Below, piece after piece: positions 1 to 15,600 of a stretch of DNA of 64,000 bases; the stretch's first letter is position 1; every line of letters starts with the position of its first letter. Source of the stretch: Vicugna vicugna (taxonomy: Eukaryota); NCBI GenBank assembly GCA_013265495.1, contig MU057584.1, positions 1-64,000 on the forward strand. Reading direction: 5' to 3'. A program made the translations under genes and the position numbers. The notes beneath the pieces are model-generated. The model was not told where the DNA came from. It was given only the letters and a program-made list of their open reading frames with translations, and searched no databases.

Positions 1-525
1 AAATTAAGATGGCTAGTAAATAGGTGAAAATATGATGAGTTTATTCATGAACAAATAAGTACAAATAATCAAAATAAGTTGTTTTTTACTGGTAGGATTG
101 CCTAGGATTTAAAAATGTGGTTATCTTCAATGTGTATTGTAGGAAGATTCAGGGACACATATTCTCTTGGGGGAAGGATGAAATAGGGGAAAAGTTGAAA
201 AGAAAATCTGTTGTCCGTCATAGTTTTGAAGCTGCATATTTGACATTGCAGTTTTCACTTTTTGGAACTTACCCTAAGGAAATAATTAGATGGGAAGCTG
301 ATACCTATGTAAAAAATTGTTCCTTTCAGCACATGTTATGAAAAGAAAAAAACCTAAAACGTAGATGCATTATTGGAAATATTTAACTACATGACAGTGA
401 AATTCACTCTGGTCTCTCAGAATCTAGAACCACTTCGTACACATCCTCTTCCCTGTTCTCAGTGCTACCCTTCCTCCAGGGAATCTCTATTGCAAGATTC
501 ACTTGGGGTGTGTTTGGTGTTGTAG

Positions 526-738
<213 letters not shown>

Positions 739-1211
739 TGAGACAGAGAGATGGCATTTTTCTAATCTTTCTCCCCTGGCCAAAATGTGTCTTGTAAATT
801 AACTGTACATTGACAGCACGACTGCTATACATTTTTGGCTTTTCAAATTGGGCTCATCTCCAGTTAGTGGGTCCTGACACTCATTAGGGAATTGAAATAC
901 AATAGGGTAGAGAATATCAGTGGCCTTGGCAGTAACTGCTTGCTGCAGTAAAAACTGCCCATTACCAAGAATAGCATGAGAAACTGTGAAAAGGGTGCAA
1001 CGAAAACAGATGATTTTCTTCCAATAATTTATATTTATGTCTGCCTGTCTTGGGTTTTTGCATAAGATGCATTTCTTCCCGTGGGTCTTACTTAAAAGTT
1101 GGGAAAACACTGGTTTGGGTGTCCCAAAGATGATGCAGTGAGAACCACAAGTTTTAAAAATTTTGGCCTCTAATGCATTAATTCTAAATGTTTGTCCTTG
1201 CCTTGTCACAG

Positions 1212-1307
1212 GGCACCAATGCTTCATACCAGATGTAATATCCCAGTTGGAGAGAGAAGAAAAGCTTTGGATGTTACGGACAGCAGCCCAGAGCCGTTGC
1301 TCCTCAG
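1212..1307 (+). CDS. ZNF45: ZNF45 KRAB-B-type exon (96 bp)
   Basis: Bounded by cacag|GG and TCAG|gtgag, phase 1-1. Encodes GHQCFIPDVISQLEREEKLWMLRTAAQSRCSS. Confidence 0.9.
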
Positions 1308-1734
1308 GTGAGAACCATGTGACTCTGAGTCTGTCCTGTTTTGTGTCACCTCCACAGCCATGGCTCTGGTCCATATCAGTGCCTGGACTGTGGACCACCG
1401 CAGCAGTCTTCATATTGCTCTGTCTCCTGATCTGCTCATTTATAATCGATTCTCCACTCAGAGTGTTTCTTCTAAATTCAGATCTTGTCATGTCTCTGCT
1501 CAAAACCACTCGGAGTTTCTCACCTGATTTACAGCACAGTTCAAGTACTTAACGGGAGTCAGGATGTCCCATGTGTCCACCAGTTCTGTAGTCTGCTTTC
1601 AGATACAACATTTCACCTGAGGCTCTAAATACCGACTCCCCCTTGAAAAAGGAGAAAGTTTACACACACAGGAAGACGGTACAAAAATTTCAGAAGCACT
1701 CTATCCGTGGCCACTTTTACGCTTTATGCTTTTT

Positions 1735-1900
1735 TTAAAAAATTTTTTTATTGATTCACAGTGCTAGTTTCAGATGTATAGCAAAGTGATTCAGTTATAC
1801 ATGTACATACATATATATTTTCTTTTCCCATATTCTTTTCCATTATACGGTATTATAAGAAATTGAACATAGTTCCCTGTGCTGTGCAGCAGGGCCTTGT
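1735..1900 (-). mobile_element. L1 3'-end fragment
   Basis: T-rich end followed by gtatagcaaagtgattcagttatacat...gttccctgtgct, an L1 3'UTR sequence repeated many times in this window. Confidence 0.8.
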
Positions 1901-2552
1901 TTAAAGTGATTCTTGCCATGATTTTGTGATCATCATGATGTTCTCATCCCCTTAGTTTAGCCCTGCATCTAGGGAAGCCTTTCAGCTTCCCAGCAAGACT
2001 GCTGTTTCCAGTTCCTTTCCTGTTGTGGGTAACTCGCTGGAAAAAGCTCTTTTATTTTTCTAACATGGCTCAGACTCTCGCGAAGAAGTCAGACTGGGAT
2101 TCACTTATCCTTTCAACGTGTATTTGTTGAACGCCGTGTCAGACAGTGCCCTGGGAGTGGTGACAAAGATACAGAATGCTTGTCCTCATGGATATTGCAT
2201 TCAAGGGGGAGAAGACATAAAAGGAAAAAGATCAAGGACATTGGCAGTGTGTCGGACGGGAGCATGTGCTGGGTCAAAACAAAGCAGGGTAAGGCGAGAT
2301 TGCCTGGACTGTGGAATGGATAGGGAGAATTTACTCTTATGATATTGGATGGTAAAAGCGGCCTCCCTGATAAGGTGCTATTTGAAGAGAGAGCTGAGAA
2401 GAAGTAAGTAGCCAGCTATATGGCTAATTGGTGGAACAGAGTTCCAAGGACAACATAACTCTTCCTGTCCTGTAATGACTTTAAGTATCTGTTCTATGCT
2501 CTGTTTATTTCCTCCTGACAGGTTCTTGCTCTGTGGTAAAAGATTACCTTCT

Positions 2553-2634
2553 GTGACATTGTGCCTACACCAGAAATTGGCACATTGTAACTGACTGTAC
2601 TTCAATTTGAAAAAAAATTTTTTTAATTAAAAAA
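2553..2634 (+). mobile_element. Very short 5'-truncated L1 tail with target-site duplication (TSD)
   Basis: acaccagaaattggcacattgtaactgactgtacttcaat followed by an A-rich tail. Flanked by aaaagattaccttct at 2538-2552 and 2635-2649. Confidence 0.8.
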
Positions 2635-3358
2635 AAAAGATTACCTTCTAATTTTTCACTTATTTTCCCCCCTGGAGGTTGTTATTATTACCACGAGGCT
2701 TTAGAATAATGTATGTCATTGACAGTAAACCTCTTCCCCCATTTGTATTCCTGAAGGATATTTCTTAGCAAGAGATGGTGGGATCACTCTCTGCTTATAC
2801 TGTGAACTTTAGGCACTTAGGTATAAGGTATTCTCTCCCAAACATGTATCTTGCCAGCCTATCCAATGTCTCCCACCATCGGAATAAATTTCCAATAAAA
2901 TAAAGCAAGGATTTTTCAACATTGCCTGGGGACATCTTCTGATAATCTGTCTGTAAGGACCTTGCTAGAGATTTGGAGCATTTTGATTGGACGTGCATGC
3001 AATAGGCAGAATTATGTGAAAGCTGTATATCAGATACCAACTGCAGCAAAAAAGAGATAAGGCTTAACATAAGGTGCAGCTTCATCTTTGTAAACATTGC
3101 CTAGGAGGTATTTTTCTTGCTCTGTAGCCACCAGATTTCTAGCTTGTATCTCACTTATGAAACTTACTGTGATTCAAAATGGACCCCATTAGTGTGTAGT
3201 GAACCCCCAAGAGATTTATGGAGGTGTGCAAATCAGAGAACATGATACATGATGTTAAAAAATGGAAATTTTTGATGGTTCAGTAAAGCCTGGGGGTGTA
3301 GGCCTAAGTTTATAACATTGACATCTCTGGACGAGGCTTTCACATGCCCCATCTCTAA

Positions 3359-5206
<1,848 letters not shown>

Positions 5207-5489
5207 AGCTACATGTTTTAATACCTCAAATGGGTGTTGAACTAGTCCACTTATCAGACCTGTCATAGAAGACCAAACATTTGTTTCATAAAAGAGTATT
5301 TCAGCCAGAGCTTGACATGTCATAGTAGTTGGGTGACCACACAGCAGAGAAGCCTCATGAAGGTGGAGACAAAAGGACTTTATTCAGAAACTTGACATCT
5401 AGCAGATGTCACACAGAACGGAAGAGAGCCTTAGGAAGGATGAGTCTGATCTGGAGTGAACCCAAAGTACTAAGACAGAAATGCCAAAA

Positions 5490-5605
5490 ATCTCTTCCAC
5501 TAGAATATAAGCTCCCAGAGGTCAGGGACTTTGTTTACTGCCAAGTTGCTTCTGCCTCTTCAGTGCCTAACACACTGCAGGTGTTAAGTAAGGTTAAATG
5601 AGTAA
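5490..5605 (-). mobile_element. L2 3'-end fragment downstream of the ZNF45 stop codon
   Basis: ctagaatataagctcccagaggtcagggactttgt...gtgcctaacaca is typical of an L2 tail. Confidence 0.7.
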
Positions 5606-5834
5606 AGGGGAGGACAGTCACATTCGAAATTTTTACTCAGTTCCTCTCTAAAAATTTCTATAAAGTTCTACTTAGAAGAATTCTCCAAGCCTTGGAGGAC
5701 ATGAATTGAGACTCACGGGCTCATTTTCCCAACCCTGCAGGTCCTGTAAACTAGTGCTTATCAAACTGAAGGTGGTAACCCATTAGTGGGTCCAGAAGTC
5801 CATTCAGCGTGTTGTGACCAGCACTTTTGTATGC

Positions 5835-8045
5835 TAACAGTACTTTATTGAAGTGTAATTTGCATGCAGTAACCTGCATAAGTCTCAAGTTTACAACTTC
5901 ATGAATTTTGACAAATGCTATCTACTTGTGTAATCATCACCAAGATCAATATCTACAATATTTCTATTAAACCAGAATGTTTCCTTGTGTACATGTCTAG
6001 TTGTTCCTAACTCCAGTGGCCACAAGTGTTGTGATTTCATATCGTATATTAATTTGATCTGTCTGTTCTTGAGGTTCATACGTGTTCAGTACATACTCTT
6101 TTATGTCTGGATCCTTTTCATCAAATATATGATTGTCTTGGAGTCACAGAAAGCAATTGATAAAATTCAGTATCCATTCATGATAAAAATTCTTCAGTGA
6201 GATAAAAGGCATCTATGAAGATCTTACAAGCTAATGCTTTTTTTTAAATTAGGAAATAATTTATAGACAGTAAAATCAACTCTTTGGTGGATTATTCTGT
6301 GTTTTGGCAAATGCTTGCTATCTTATTACCACCACCACAATCAAGACATTTAACAATTCCAGCACACCCTGCCCTGAAATTCCTTTCTACTCTTGTAGTC
6401 ATCCCCTTCCCCCCATGCTCTGCCCCCTCCCCATCTTTAGCAACCACTGACTTGTTTTTTTGTCACTATAGTTTATCTTTTCCAGAATGGCCTATAAATA
6501 GAATCATACAGTATGTAAACTTTGGAGTGTGGCTTCTTTCAGTTAATGTTTCTGAGATTCATCAATCTTAATGTATGTATGGATAGTCATTCCTTTTCTT
6601 GCTGAAGGATATTTTATTGTATGGATGTACCATATTTTCTTTATCCATTTACAACTTGAAGGATATATTTGGGTTTCCAGTCTTTAGCACTTAAGAAAGC
6701 AACTGTAAGTATTTGCATACAGATTGGTGTGTCAGCACAAGTTTTCTTTGCCTTAGTAAATACTTAGGAGTGGGATTTTGTTGGGTTGTACAGTAAAAAA
6801 ATGTTTCACTTTATGGAAAACTAACAGATGTTTCTAAAATAGGTATACCATTTTGATTTCCCAGCATCAGTGCATATCAGGTCTTTGTTTTGTTTTTAGC
6901 ATTTCAGTAGGTTTGTAGTTGTATCTTATTTTGGTTTTAATTTATATTTCCCTCATGGTTAAGTTGAGCATCTTTATATATGAATGTTTGCTGGCCATAT
7001 AAATATTTTCTTTGGTGATGTGTTTTCTTTTTCTCAATTTATGAGAGTTTTTAATATGTTCTGGACATGTGTCCTTTGTCAGTTATGTGTTTGCAAATAT
7101 TTTATCCCTGTGTGTGGTTTGTGTTTTTATTCCATAGATGGTATTTTTTTTAAGAGAGTGAAAGTGGGTTTTTTTTTTGGATGAAGTTCAATTTTTGTCT
7201 TCTGTGGGTTGTGTTTTTGGTTTCACATATAAGAACTCCACCTAATCTAAAGTCACAAAGATTTTTCTCCTCTTTTTTTTTTTCATCTAAAAGTCTTGTG
7301 CTTTCAGGTTTTACATTTAGGTCTGTGATCCATGTGAATTAATCTTTATAAAAGTATGAGATCAAGGTCCATTTTTTTTTGGCATAGGAACATCCAATTA
7401 ATCGTCCTTTCAACATCAAATTGCTGTTGCACCTTTGTGAAAAATCCATTGATTGTACATGTGTGGGTCTATTTGTGGTCTCTCTTTGAGTCCATTGATC
7501 TATGTGTCTATCATTTTGCCAATATATATGCAGCTTTATACACTAAATCTGGAAATCAGATAGTATGAGTCTTCCAACTCCATTCTTCTTTTTCAAAACA
7601 ACTTTGGCTATTCTGATTTGTTTTCTTTTCCATAACTTTTAGAGTCAACTTTGTGATTTGAAAAATAAACTCTAGCTGGGAGTTTTATTGGGGATTGCAT
7701 TGACTATATACAGATGAGTCTGCGGAGAATTGACATATTAGCAATATTCTAAATGATTGACAGTTTATCTGCCTATTTTTAAAGGACTCCTTTGATTCTT
7801 TCATCAGTAATTTGTAGTTTTCAGCATATAGATCCTACACAAATTTTGTTAGATTTCTACCTAAAACCTCCTTTTTGGTGCTAAATTAATTGGTACTGTT
7901 TTTCAAATTTTAATTTCCAGTTGTTCATTACTGGTATATAGAAATATAATTGATTGGTTTATGTTAATTTTGCATCCTACAGTCTTGCGAAACTTGCATA
8001 CTGTTCTGTAGGTTCCTTGAGATTTTCTGTGTAGGCATGTCATGT
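5835..8045 (-). mobile_element. Old L1 (L1M-type) fragments, with a short + strand ORF2 piece at about 6125-6230
   Basis: T-rich antisense L1 3'UTR and ORF2 sequence. The + strand piece translates MIVLESQKAIDKIQYPFMIKIL, resembling the L1 RT motif IDAEKAFDKIQHPFMIK. Confidence 0.8.
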
Positions 8046-8312
8046 TATGTCTTTGACTTCTAACTTTTACCTCACTCTGTGAGACTTGGTGTGGTTCTAA
8101 ATTGGTTTCATTGATGTTTAGTGGATAGGCACCTACTGGACTACTTCTTGGTGGCTGTAACCATGCAAATCAGAGACCATATTATACATCCAAAGGATAT
8201 GGTGGATATTCCATGGATTCATTAGAGTCTCATGCTCGTTCCTAACTAAAATCTTGAAGACACTGGACACAGTATTCACTTGTCCAGATCTCTGCATTCC
8301 TTGTCCTTAGAG

Positions 8313-9105
<793 letters not shown>

Positions 9106-9239
9106 AATCCCCTGATTGTCACAGTATTTAAGATACAAGATAGCAAAGAGGAAGAGTGAACATCACCCAGAACTTTGCATCCTGTTCTAGAAAAAAGACA
9201 TAATGTGTTTTTTATTGTATGCAAGATACTTGTATCAAA

Positions 9240-9500
9240 GTAGATTGAGTATGATTTTGTTACGGTATTTATTTGGAGATTAAGTATGGCTTAAGGAGAT
9301 GTGTATAGGTGCCAGTTTAACAGAGTGGACTATGAGGATCAGCATCATGTGTCAACTTGGCTAGACCACAGCAACTAGTTATTCAGTCAGACACTAAAGT
9401 ATTTTGTAGATGTGATTAACATCTACAGTTGACTTTGAGTAAGGGAGATTATCATAAATAATCTGGATGAGCCCAACTCCATCAGTTGAATGGCCTACTC
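9240..9500 (+). mobile_element. ERVL internal 3' tail plus the 5' part of an MLT2-type LTR
   Basis: ggtgccagtttaacagagtggac precedes atgtgtcaacttggctag...gactttgagtaag...atcagttgaatggcct, which resembles MLT2. Confidence 0.75.
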
Positions 9501-9514
9501 AAGGTCCCTTGAGA

Positions 9515-10890
9515 TGGTATATAAATTTTAGGGTGGATTTCTCTATTTCTGCAAAAAAGGTCATTGGAATTTTGATGGAGATTGCGTTGAACCTGTAGAT
9601 CACTTTGTGTATTTGTGACATTTTAACAATATTAAGTCTTTCAATCCATGAACATGGGATATGTTTTCATCTACTTATGTCTTCTTTAATTTTTTCATCA
9701 CTGTTTTCTGATTTTCATCATACAAGTTTTCTTCCTTGATTAACTTTATTGGTAAGTATTTTACTCTTTTTGCTACTATTATAAATGGAATTGCTTTTAT
9801 AATTTCCTTTTTAGTTTGTCCACTATTTGTATATAGCAATGCAACTGATTTTTATGTGTTGACTTTGTATCCTGCTACATTGCTGAGTTCATGTATTCTA
9901 ACAGTTTTGTAGTGGACTCTTTAGGGTTTTCTACATATAAGATCATGTCACCTACAAACAGAGATAACTTTACTTCTTCATTTCCAACTTAGATACTTTT
10001 TAGTCCTTTTTCTTGCCTAATTGCTATGATTAGAACTTCCACTGCTGTGTTAAATAGAAATGGTAAAAGTGGACATCCCTGTTCCTGATCTTAGAGAAAA
10101 AGCTCTCAGTTTTTCATCATTGAGTGTGATATTCACTGTGGGTTTTTAATATATGGCTTTTTTATGTTAAAGTAATTTCCTTCTATTCTTAGTTTGTTGG
10201 TCATCTTTATCATAAAAAGGTGATAGATTTTGTCAAAGGCTTTTTCTGTATTAATTGAGGTAATCATGTGTTTTTCCCTTCATTCTGTTGATGTGGCATA
10301 TTATATTGATCCATAATCATATGTTGAACAATCCTTGCATTCCAGGAATAAATCCCTCTTGATCATGGTATATAATCCTTTTCATAAGCTACTGAATTTG
10401 GTTTGCTAGTATTTTGTTGAGGATTTTTGCATCAATGTTCAAAAGGGATATTGGCCCTTCCTTTTCTTGTAATGTCTTTGTCTGGCTATGGTAACAGGAT
10501 AATGCTTGCTTCATAGAATAAGTTAGAAAGTATTTCTTTCTCTTCAATTTTTTGAAAAAGTTTGAGAAAGACTGATGTTAGTTTTTCTTTAAATGTTTGG
10601 TAGAATTCACCAGTGATACCATTAGATCCAAGGCTTTTCTTTGTTAAGAGATTTTTTATTACTGATTCAATCTCCTTACTAGTTATAGGTCTGTTCAAAT
10701 TTTCTCTTTCTCTTTGATTTTAGCTTGATAGATTTTGTGTTTCTAAGAATTTGTCCATTTCACCTAGTATATCCAATTTGTTGGTGTACAGTTGTTCATA
10801 GTACTCTTATAATTCTTTTTATTTTTGTAAAATCAGTTATGTCCCTACTTTCATTTCTGGTTTTAATAATTTGAGTCTTCTCTCCTTTTT
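9515..10890 (-). mobile_element. L1 ORF2 (RT region) fragment
   Basis: The minus-strand ORF 10486..10698 ([39 protein letters not shown]) is L1 ORF2p. An L1 3'-end piece follows at about 10890-11090. Confidence 0.9.
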
Positions 10891-11089
10891 TCTTGCATGT
10901 ATGTGTAGTGAGAACATTTAATACCTACTCTTTTAATGAATTTCAAGTATTTAATGCAGAATTATTAACTATAGTCACAATGCTGTACATTAGATCCCCA
11001 GAATTTATTCATCTTATGCTGATGTGTCCTTTGACCAACATCTCATTTCCCTCACCCTCCAGCCTATTGCAATGACTATCCTATTCTTC

Positions 11090-12560
11090 TTTCTGTCCCA
11101 CCCACTGGTGGCATTTTGCAGGGGAATTGAGATATCACTGTAGAACCACAGTAAAAGTGTACTGCTCCAGGCCATTCCATGTGACAATCTCAGGACAGTT
11201 GCCACCGTCCTGATGATGGGGATGATACCAGGTGCTGCAGGGCCAAAAGGCAGAGCCTTGGCATTCAGCCTGCAGTAGTTCACTGTCGGTTTCCATGCCC
11301 CAGGGTCCTTTTTGACTGGCCAAATCAGGCTGTTAAATTGTGACAAAGTGGCATGAAGCACTCTGGCTTGCACCAAGTCCTGAATTAAAGTAATGTTCTT
11401 TTTTCCCACCTGGTATGTAGTACTGATTTTGTTGGAAAACCCATTTGTGCTTGGGTAACTTAGATGGCAGGCAGGAGTCACACCCCCAGCTATGGCTCAA
11501 GTTCTTTGCTGTGAGTGGGCATACCCACTCAGGAGGTGGTGACATACTGTACCACAAGCAGCAAAAATGACAGTGTCCATAATGCACTCAGCTATGGAAA
11601 CCACAGTGATCAGCACCTGAAATGTCCCAGAGGATCCCACCCACAAGCACATCAGGCACATAAGTAGATAAGCACCATGGGTCACCATATTCACCCCCAA
11701 ACCCCCCAGTGTCACCAGTTTAATCTTCAGACCTACAGGGGCCTGGAAAAACTGTCATATGGGCCTCAGTATCTAAGAGCTTCAGAAAAGTCTGAATTCC
11801 TCTCTTCTCCCCTTTCATTGTGACAGGAGAATAGGGCTACTGATCTCCAGTGGGGAAATGGAGACCTTGACCCCATGCCTAACTGCCATTTGGCCAGAGA
11901 CATTTGGATCTGCAGTGTTCCCTTATCAAACAGACGGACCATACAGGTAGCATGAGATTTTCTTGGCTTCTGCCTGTGTCTGTCCTTCAACTTTTAAAAT
12001 TCCCCCTCAGAGAAGACCTTATTTCAACAGTCTCATTTTCAGCAAAGCCATCAGTTATATGATGTTGCATGAAAACGGGTCTTACTTGAGGTTGTCAAGC
12101 AACACAGACCAGGAAGAGCTTCTATTTCCCCCACACATTGTTGGCAACCTCTGGGATACTATGGGAGTTGGCAAATGGTGTTCAAGTTTAAGGCTGGCCA
12201 AAAGTCTGGATATATTTTCCCTGCTCTTCTTAGGACTCACCTCTCATACTTCTGCCCACATGCATTGCACCAGCTCATCCCTCTTAACAGGGAGATTATC
12301 TCCATTCCATTTGTCCCCATGTGGTCAAAGAGTGGCCAGAACCTCGGTTAGCTCGTCACCCCCTTGGGATCTGGCACCACTGTGGGGCCATTGGGGCTAA
12401 CAAGGCATTGCATTTCCATCATGCCATACTGTGTTTCCTTGGTGACTGCTTGCTGCACCAAACTGTCAAGCAGATACCAGTGCATGGTAACCTATTCCCT
12501 TGGGGTTGATAATCAGTGTATAGTAATCTGCTCCAACAATATGTCATTGGCCAGTTTTAT
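11090..12560 (-). mobile_element. Degenerate class III (ERVL-like) gag/pro/RT internal fragment
   Basis: The minus-strand ORF 11014..11481 contains SQFNSLIWPVKKDPGAWKPTVNYCRLN, matching the retroviral RT motif SPFNSPIWPVxKxDGxWRxTVDYRxLN. The right boundary is approximate. Confidence 0.8.
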
Positions 12561-12779
12561 TTATGGACACACATATGGCCAGCTTCAAGGAAGGTGGGAA
12601 GGTAAGCATTTAGCTTTTCTATTCTCTACAGTGGAGGTAAGTAAAACAAAAGGGATTATGACTGGCATTTGGTTCACTAGCCAACAGTGTCTGTCCCAGA
12701 AGAACATAAAACAATGTTCATTGCAGCTTCATACAGAATAGCAAATGTAGTACTCATGAAGGGATGTTCCAAAATGCTT

Positions 12780-13325
12780 ATTTAATTCATCCAGAAACAC
12801 CAGTAGTTTGATAAATTGAGTTTATTATTTGTTTCAGTGAGAGACTACAACCACCACAGGAAACCATGAGGTGTCACAAGGGTAAGAGGGTGTCAGCAAG
12901 GATCTATTATAGGATTTCGGCTTTGGTTGGGTGTTTTGGGAGACAGCCTAGGGAAGCAGGATTCACTCTAGACTGGGTGCTGTCAGAAAGCAGGAGTGAT
13001 TTTAAGATTTAGTACCTCAATAAACTTTATATTTTGGGAGTGCATACTAGAACAAGGATAAAGCTTCTAAGTGGTAAAGAAGTAGCAGTCACTCATTTAG
13101 CCAAGAAGGAGATGTTTGGCATTGTGTGGGTGGCACAGTGACCTTGTTTTTGTCTGTCTAAACAAAATTATGAAAGGGCCTTGTGTGTCCTTTTACCATG
13201 GTTTCAAAGAAACCTCATTTGAGGATGATATTCTGTTATTTATGTCCCAAAGAAGAGTAACATTGGTCTAGTTGTGAATGCCATGCCAGCTTCCAGATGT
13301 CAGGGGCTGTTTTGTTTTCAGTTCT
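12780..13325 (-). mobile_element. ERVL-class LTR (subfamily uncertain, MER73/MER74-like)
   Basis: Antisense poly(A) signal (tttatt) near the left end; ends gtcaggggctgttttgttttca. Clearly homologous to 32500-32985. Confidence 0.65.
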
Positions 13326-14269
13326 CACTTCATTCCATGAAACATTATATAGCCATCATTTGGATGGAGTTAGATTTTCATTGGCTCATATTAGAAAATG
13401 TCTAGCTCATACTGAGTTGAGAAAAACAGATACAGAACATGAGACTTCATTTAAAAATATGTATGTTGATAGGTACATGTATATTTACTGGGAGAAAAAA
13501 GTCTGGTTATCTTCAAGGGAAAGGAGTCAGAGTGTGTCCCCTCCCGTCTTTATTTTGCTTTATACTGTTTTTAATTAGTGTAATTTAATTTCAGTAACAT
13601 GTTTTCAAATCGCTAACTATAATAAAGATATTTTAACCAGAAAATATAAAGGAAAAAACAATATAAAGCGTGCTCCCTAACCTACAGAATCCTCCTGTGT
13701 TCGGGCAGTAAATCATAGGCTTTGGGAGTCAGAATGACTCCAACGCCAAGCTCTTCAGGCATTATACTTGCTTTGAAATAGAGGACAATTTCTTAACTTC
13801 TCTGAATTGTGGTGTTTTTCCCTCCAAAGTAGGGATAATAATAACTTAAATGAAACGTTTAAATTAGGGAAGAGCGCTTTTCCTTCAGGACAAGCTTCCA
13901 TTTTGGCCCTCTCAAGTTGCTTTTCCTGCGAAACCGGTGATAGGTACCACAGGGTCTGGAGTAATGGCTGGTACCAGCTTTGCTCCTCATTGCCCCTCCC
14001 AAATCATTCTACCTCATCTATTCGTTAACCTCTCAGTTTTAGCCTCACATCGTGGGATTATACTAAAATCATCCTCCTTTCAATCACCTAGTTTTCCCCT
14101 AAACAGCCATTCCCCATTAATTTCTCGAAGATTGTATCTCCTCACTTGTTCACTTTCCAAAAATACTCCTGCCATAATTGGAGGCATTTCGACTTCAGAA
14201 AGTCGTGTCTATAGAATATTTTCGCTGGACGACTAGGGGAAAGGTAACACCGCCTACTAGCTCAGGCAT

Positions 14270-14820
14270 CAACGTGACCGCCCCGGAAGTCGGGAGTGTG
14301 GGATTTCCCTACTCTTCTTCCCGGAAAGTGAAACTCTGGACTTTTTTTCTCTTTTTCCCCAGCTCTGGCATTCAGGGAGGTGTAGTCCAGGCGCTCTGTG
14401 TAGTCGCTTGCACTTCCGCTCAGGAAGGCGGCTCTGGTGGATTCTGGGAAGTGTAGTCCAGAAGCAACGTAGACTCTTCGGCACTTCCGTTCCTGAAGTG
14501 AGAGGTTGATGGTGTATTTTCCGTGAGGTGCGTCAGTTCCGTGTCTCACTGGCTCCTCCGAACTTCCTGGATCTATGCTTGGGACCCGCGACGACCCGGC
14601 AGTTGGTTTAGGGGAAAAGAATCCACGGCAGAGAGCGCAGGTATGGGGGCTCCTAGGGCGGCGGCGTCCGTTCCCCTCGGCGGAGCCTCGGGGCGTTTGA
14701 GGCATTCTCACGACCCAGAGAGAGGGCGGGCTTTGGTCGCGTATCCGCTGAGTTGAGAGTTTCCGCGGCTCTCCGCTCGCGCAGTCCGCCTCCCTGCATC
14801 TTCCACGCGTGCTCCTATTT
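14270..14820 (+). promoter_or_regulatory. ZNF234: ZNF234 CpG-island promoter and non-coding first exon
   Basis: CpG-dense. ZNF143/THAP11-type motifs (reverse ACTACAnnTCCC) at about 14369-14388 and 14440-14459. ETS/GABPA sites: ccggaagt at 14283, cacttccg at 14411 and 14482. Candidate donor cag|gtatgg at 14641. Confidence 0.85.
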
Positions 14821-15419
14821 TCCTCGCATTGGGAGTTAATCTCCTTGTGCCTCCTGTTGCTTTTCTTTATAATATTAGGCTGTTACCTTCCTAATAGAAT
14901 TCTTTTGGGAATTGAGAGGTGGTACACCTAGAAGTCTAAACCAGTTCCTGGCTCGTAGTGAATGGTGATCTCTCCTTAGTGTTGTTTTCCCCACGAGCGG
15001 TCAGGTCCCCGGGTTAGGGTCAGAGATACAGCTTCAGTGAGTGACCTTATTCTTTTCTCTATCCCTGCGTGACACTGGATCTGACTGCTTCTGACTTTTT
15101 TGAGGGGGAAGGTGAGGGTTGCTTTCAGATTGCTCGGGGGGAGTGGGGAGACTTTTAACTTTCATCCGGGACCGCGACTCGATTGTGGCATTTCATAGCA
15201 TTCGTTCTTTCCCCAGCGTGACTTCTCCAAAAGGACTACACGGAGGTAGAGGCAGTGACTCCAGGGCTACTGACAGCAAAGCTCCGCCTAAGTGGGACTT
15301 GACACTTCTTTTACAATGATATTCACGTCAGTCAGAGGATGTGTAGGATGTGTAATTGGACACGGGTATTGATAATAGTTGATTCTTAACTACTAACTTC
15401 AACGATGACAGCTTTATAC

Positions 15420-15600
15420 AAATAAATACATTAAGCCACACCATGACTGTGAAGAAATAGTGCTTTTTTCCTTTTCTGTAAAATGATACTGAGACCCAGG
15501 GAGCTGGAAGTTAGTTGCCAATAGTCAGCGATCTAGTAAGAGACTGAGCTGGGGTTGGAATTCAGGCAGCCTGATTCCAGAGCTTGAGTTCATAATCTCT
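15420..15600. mobile_element. MIR remnant
   Basis: actgagacccagggag...agttgccaatagtcag...gagctggggttggaattcaggcag is the MIR core. Similar remnants lie near 19080-19300, 31320-31460, 34190-34335, 54520-54680 and 56040-56190. Confidence 0.65.

Noticed and set aside
799..1509. 236-aa minus-strand ORF
   Set aside because: It is antisense to the ZNF45 KRAB-B exon and introns, has no recognisable domain and is probably a chance ORF.
11014..11481. RT-motif ORF as a possible domesticated or active reverse transcriptase (likewise 41690-43840)
   Set aside because: It is short and frameshifted, with no intact YxDD catalytic region visible; these are decayed ERVL remnants.
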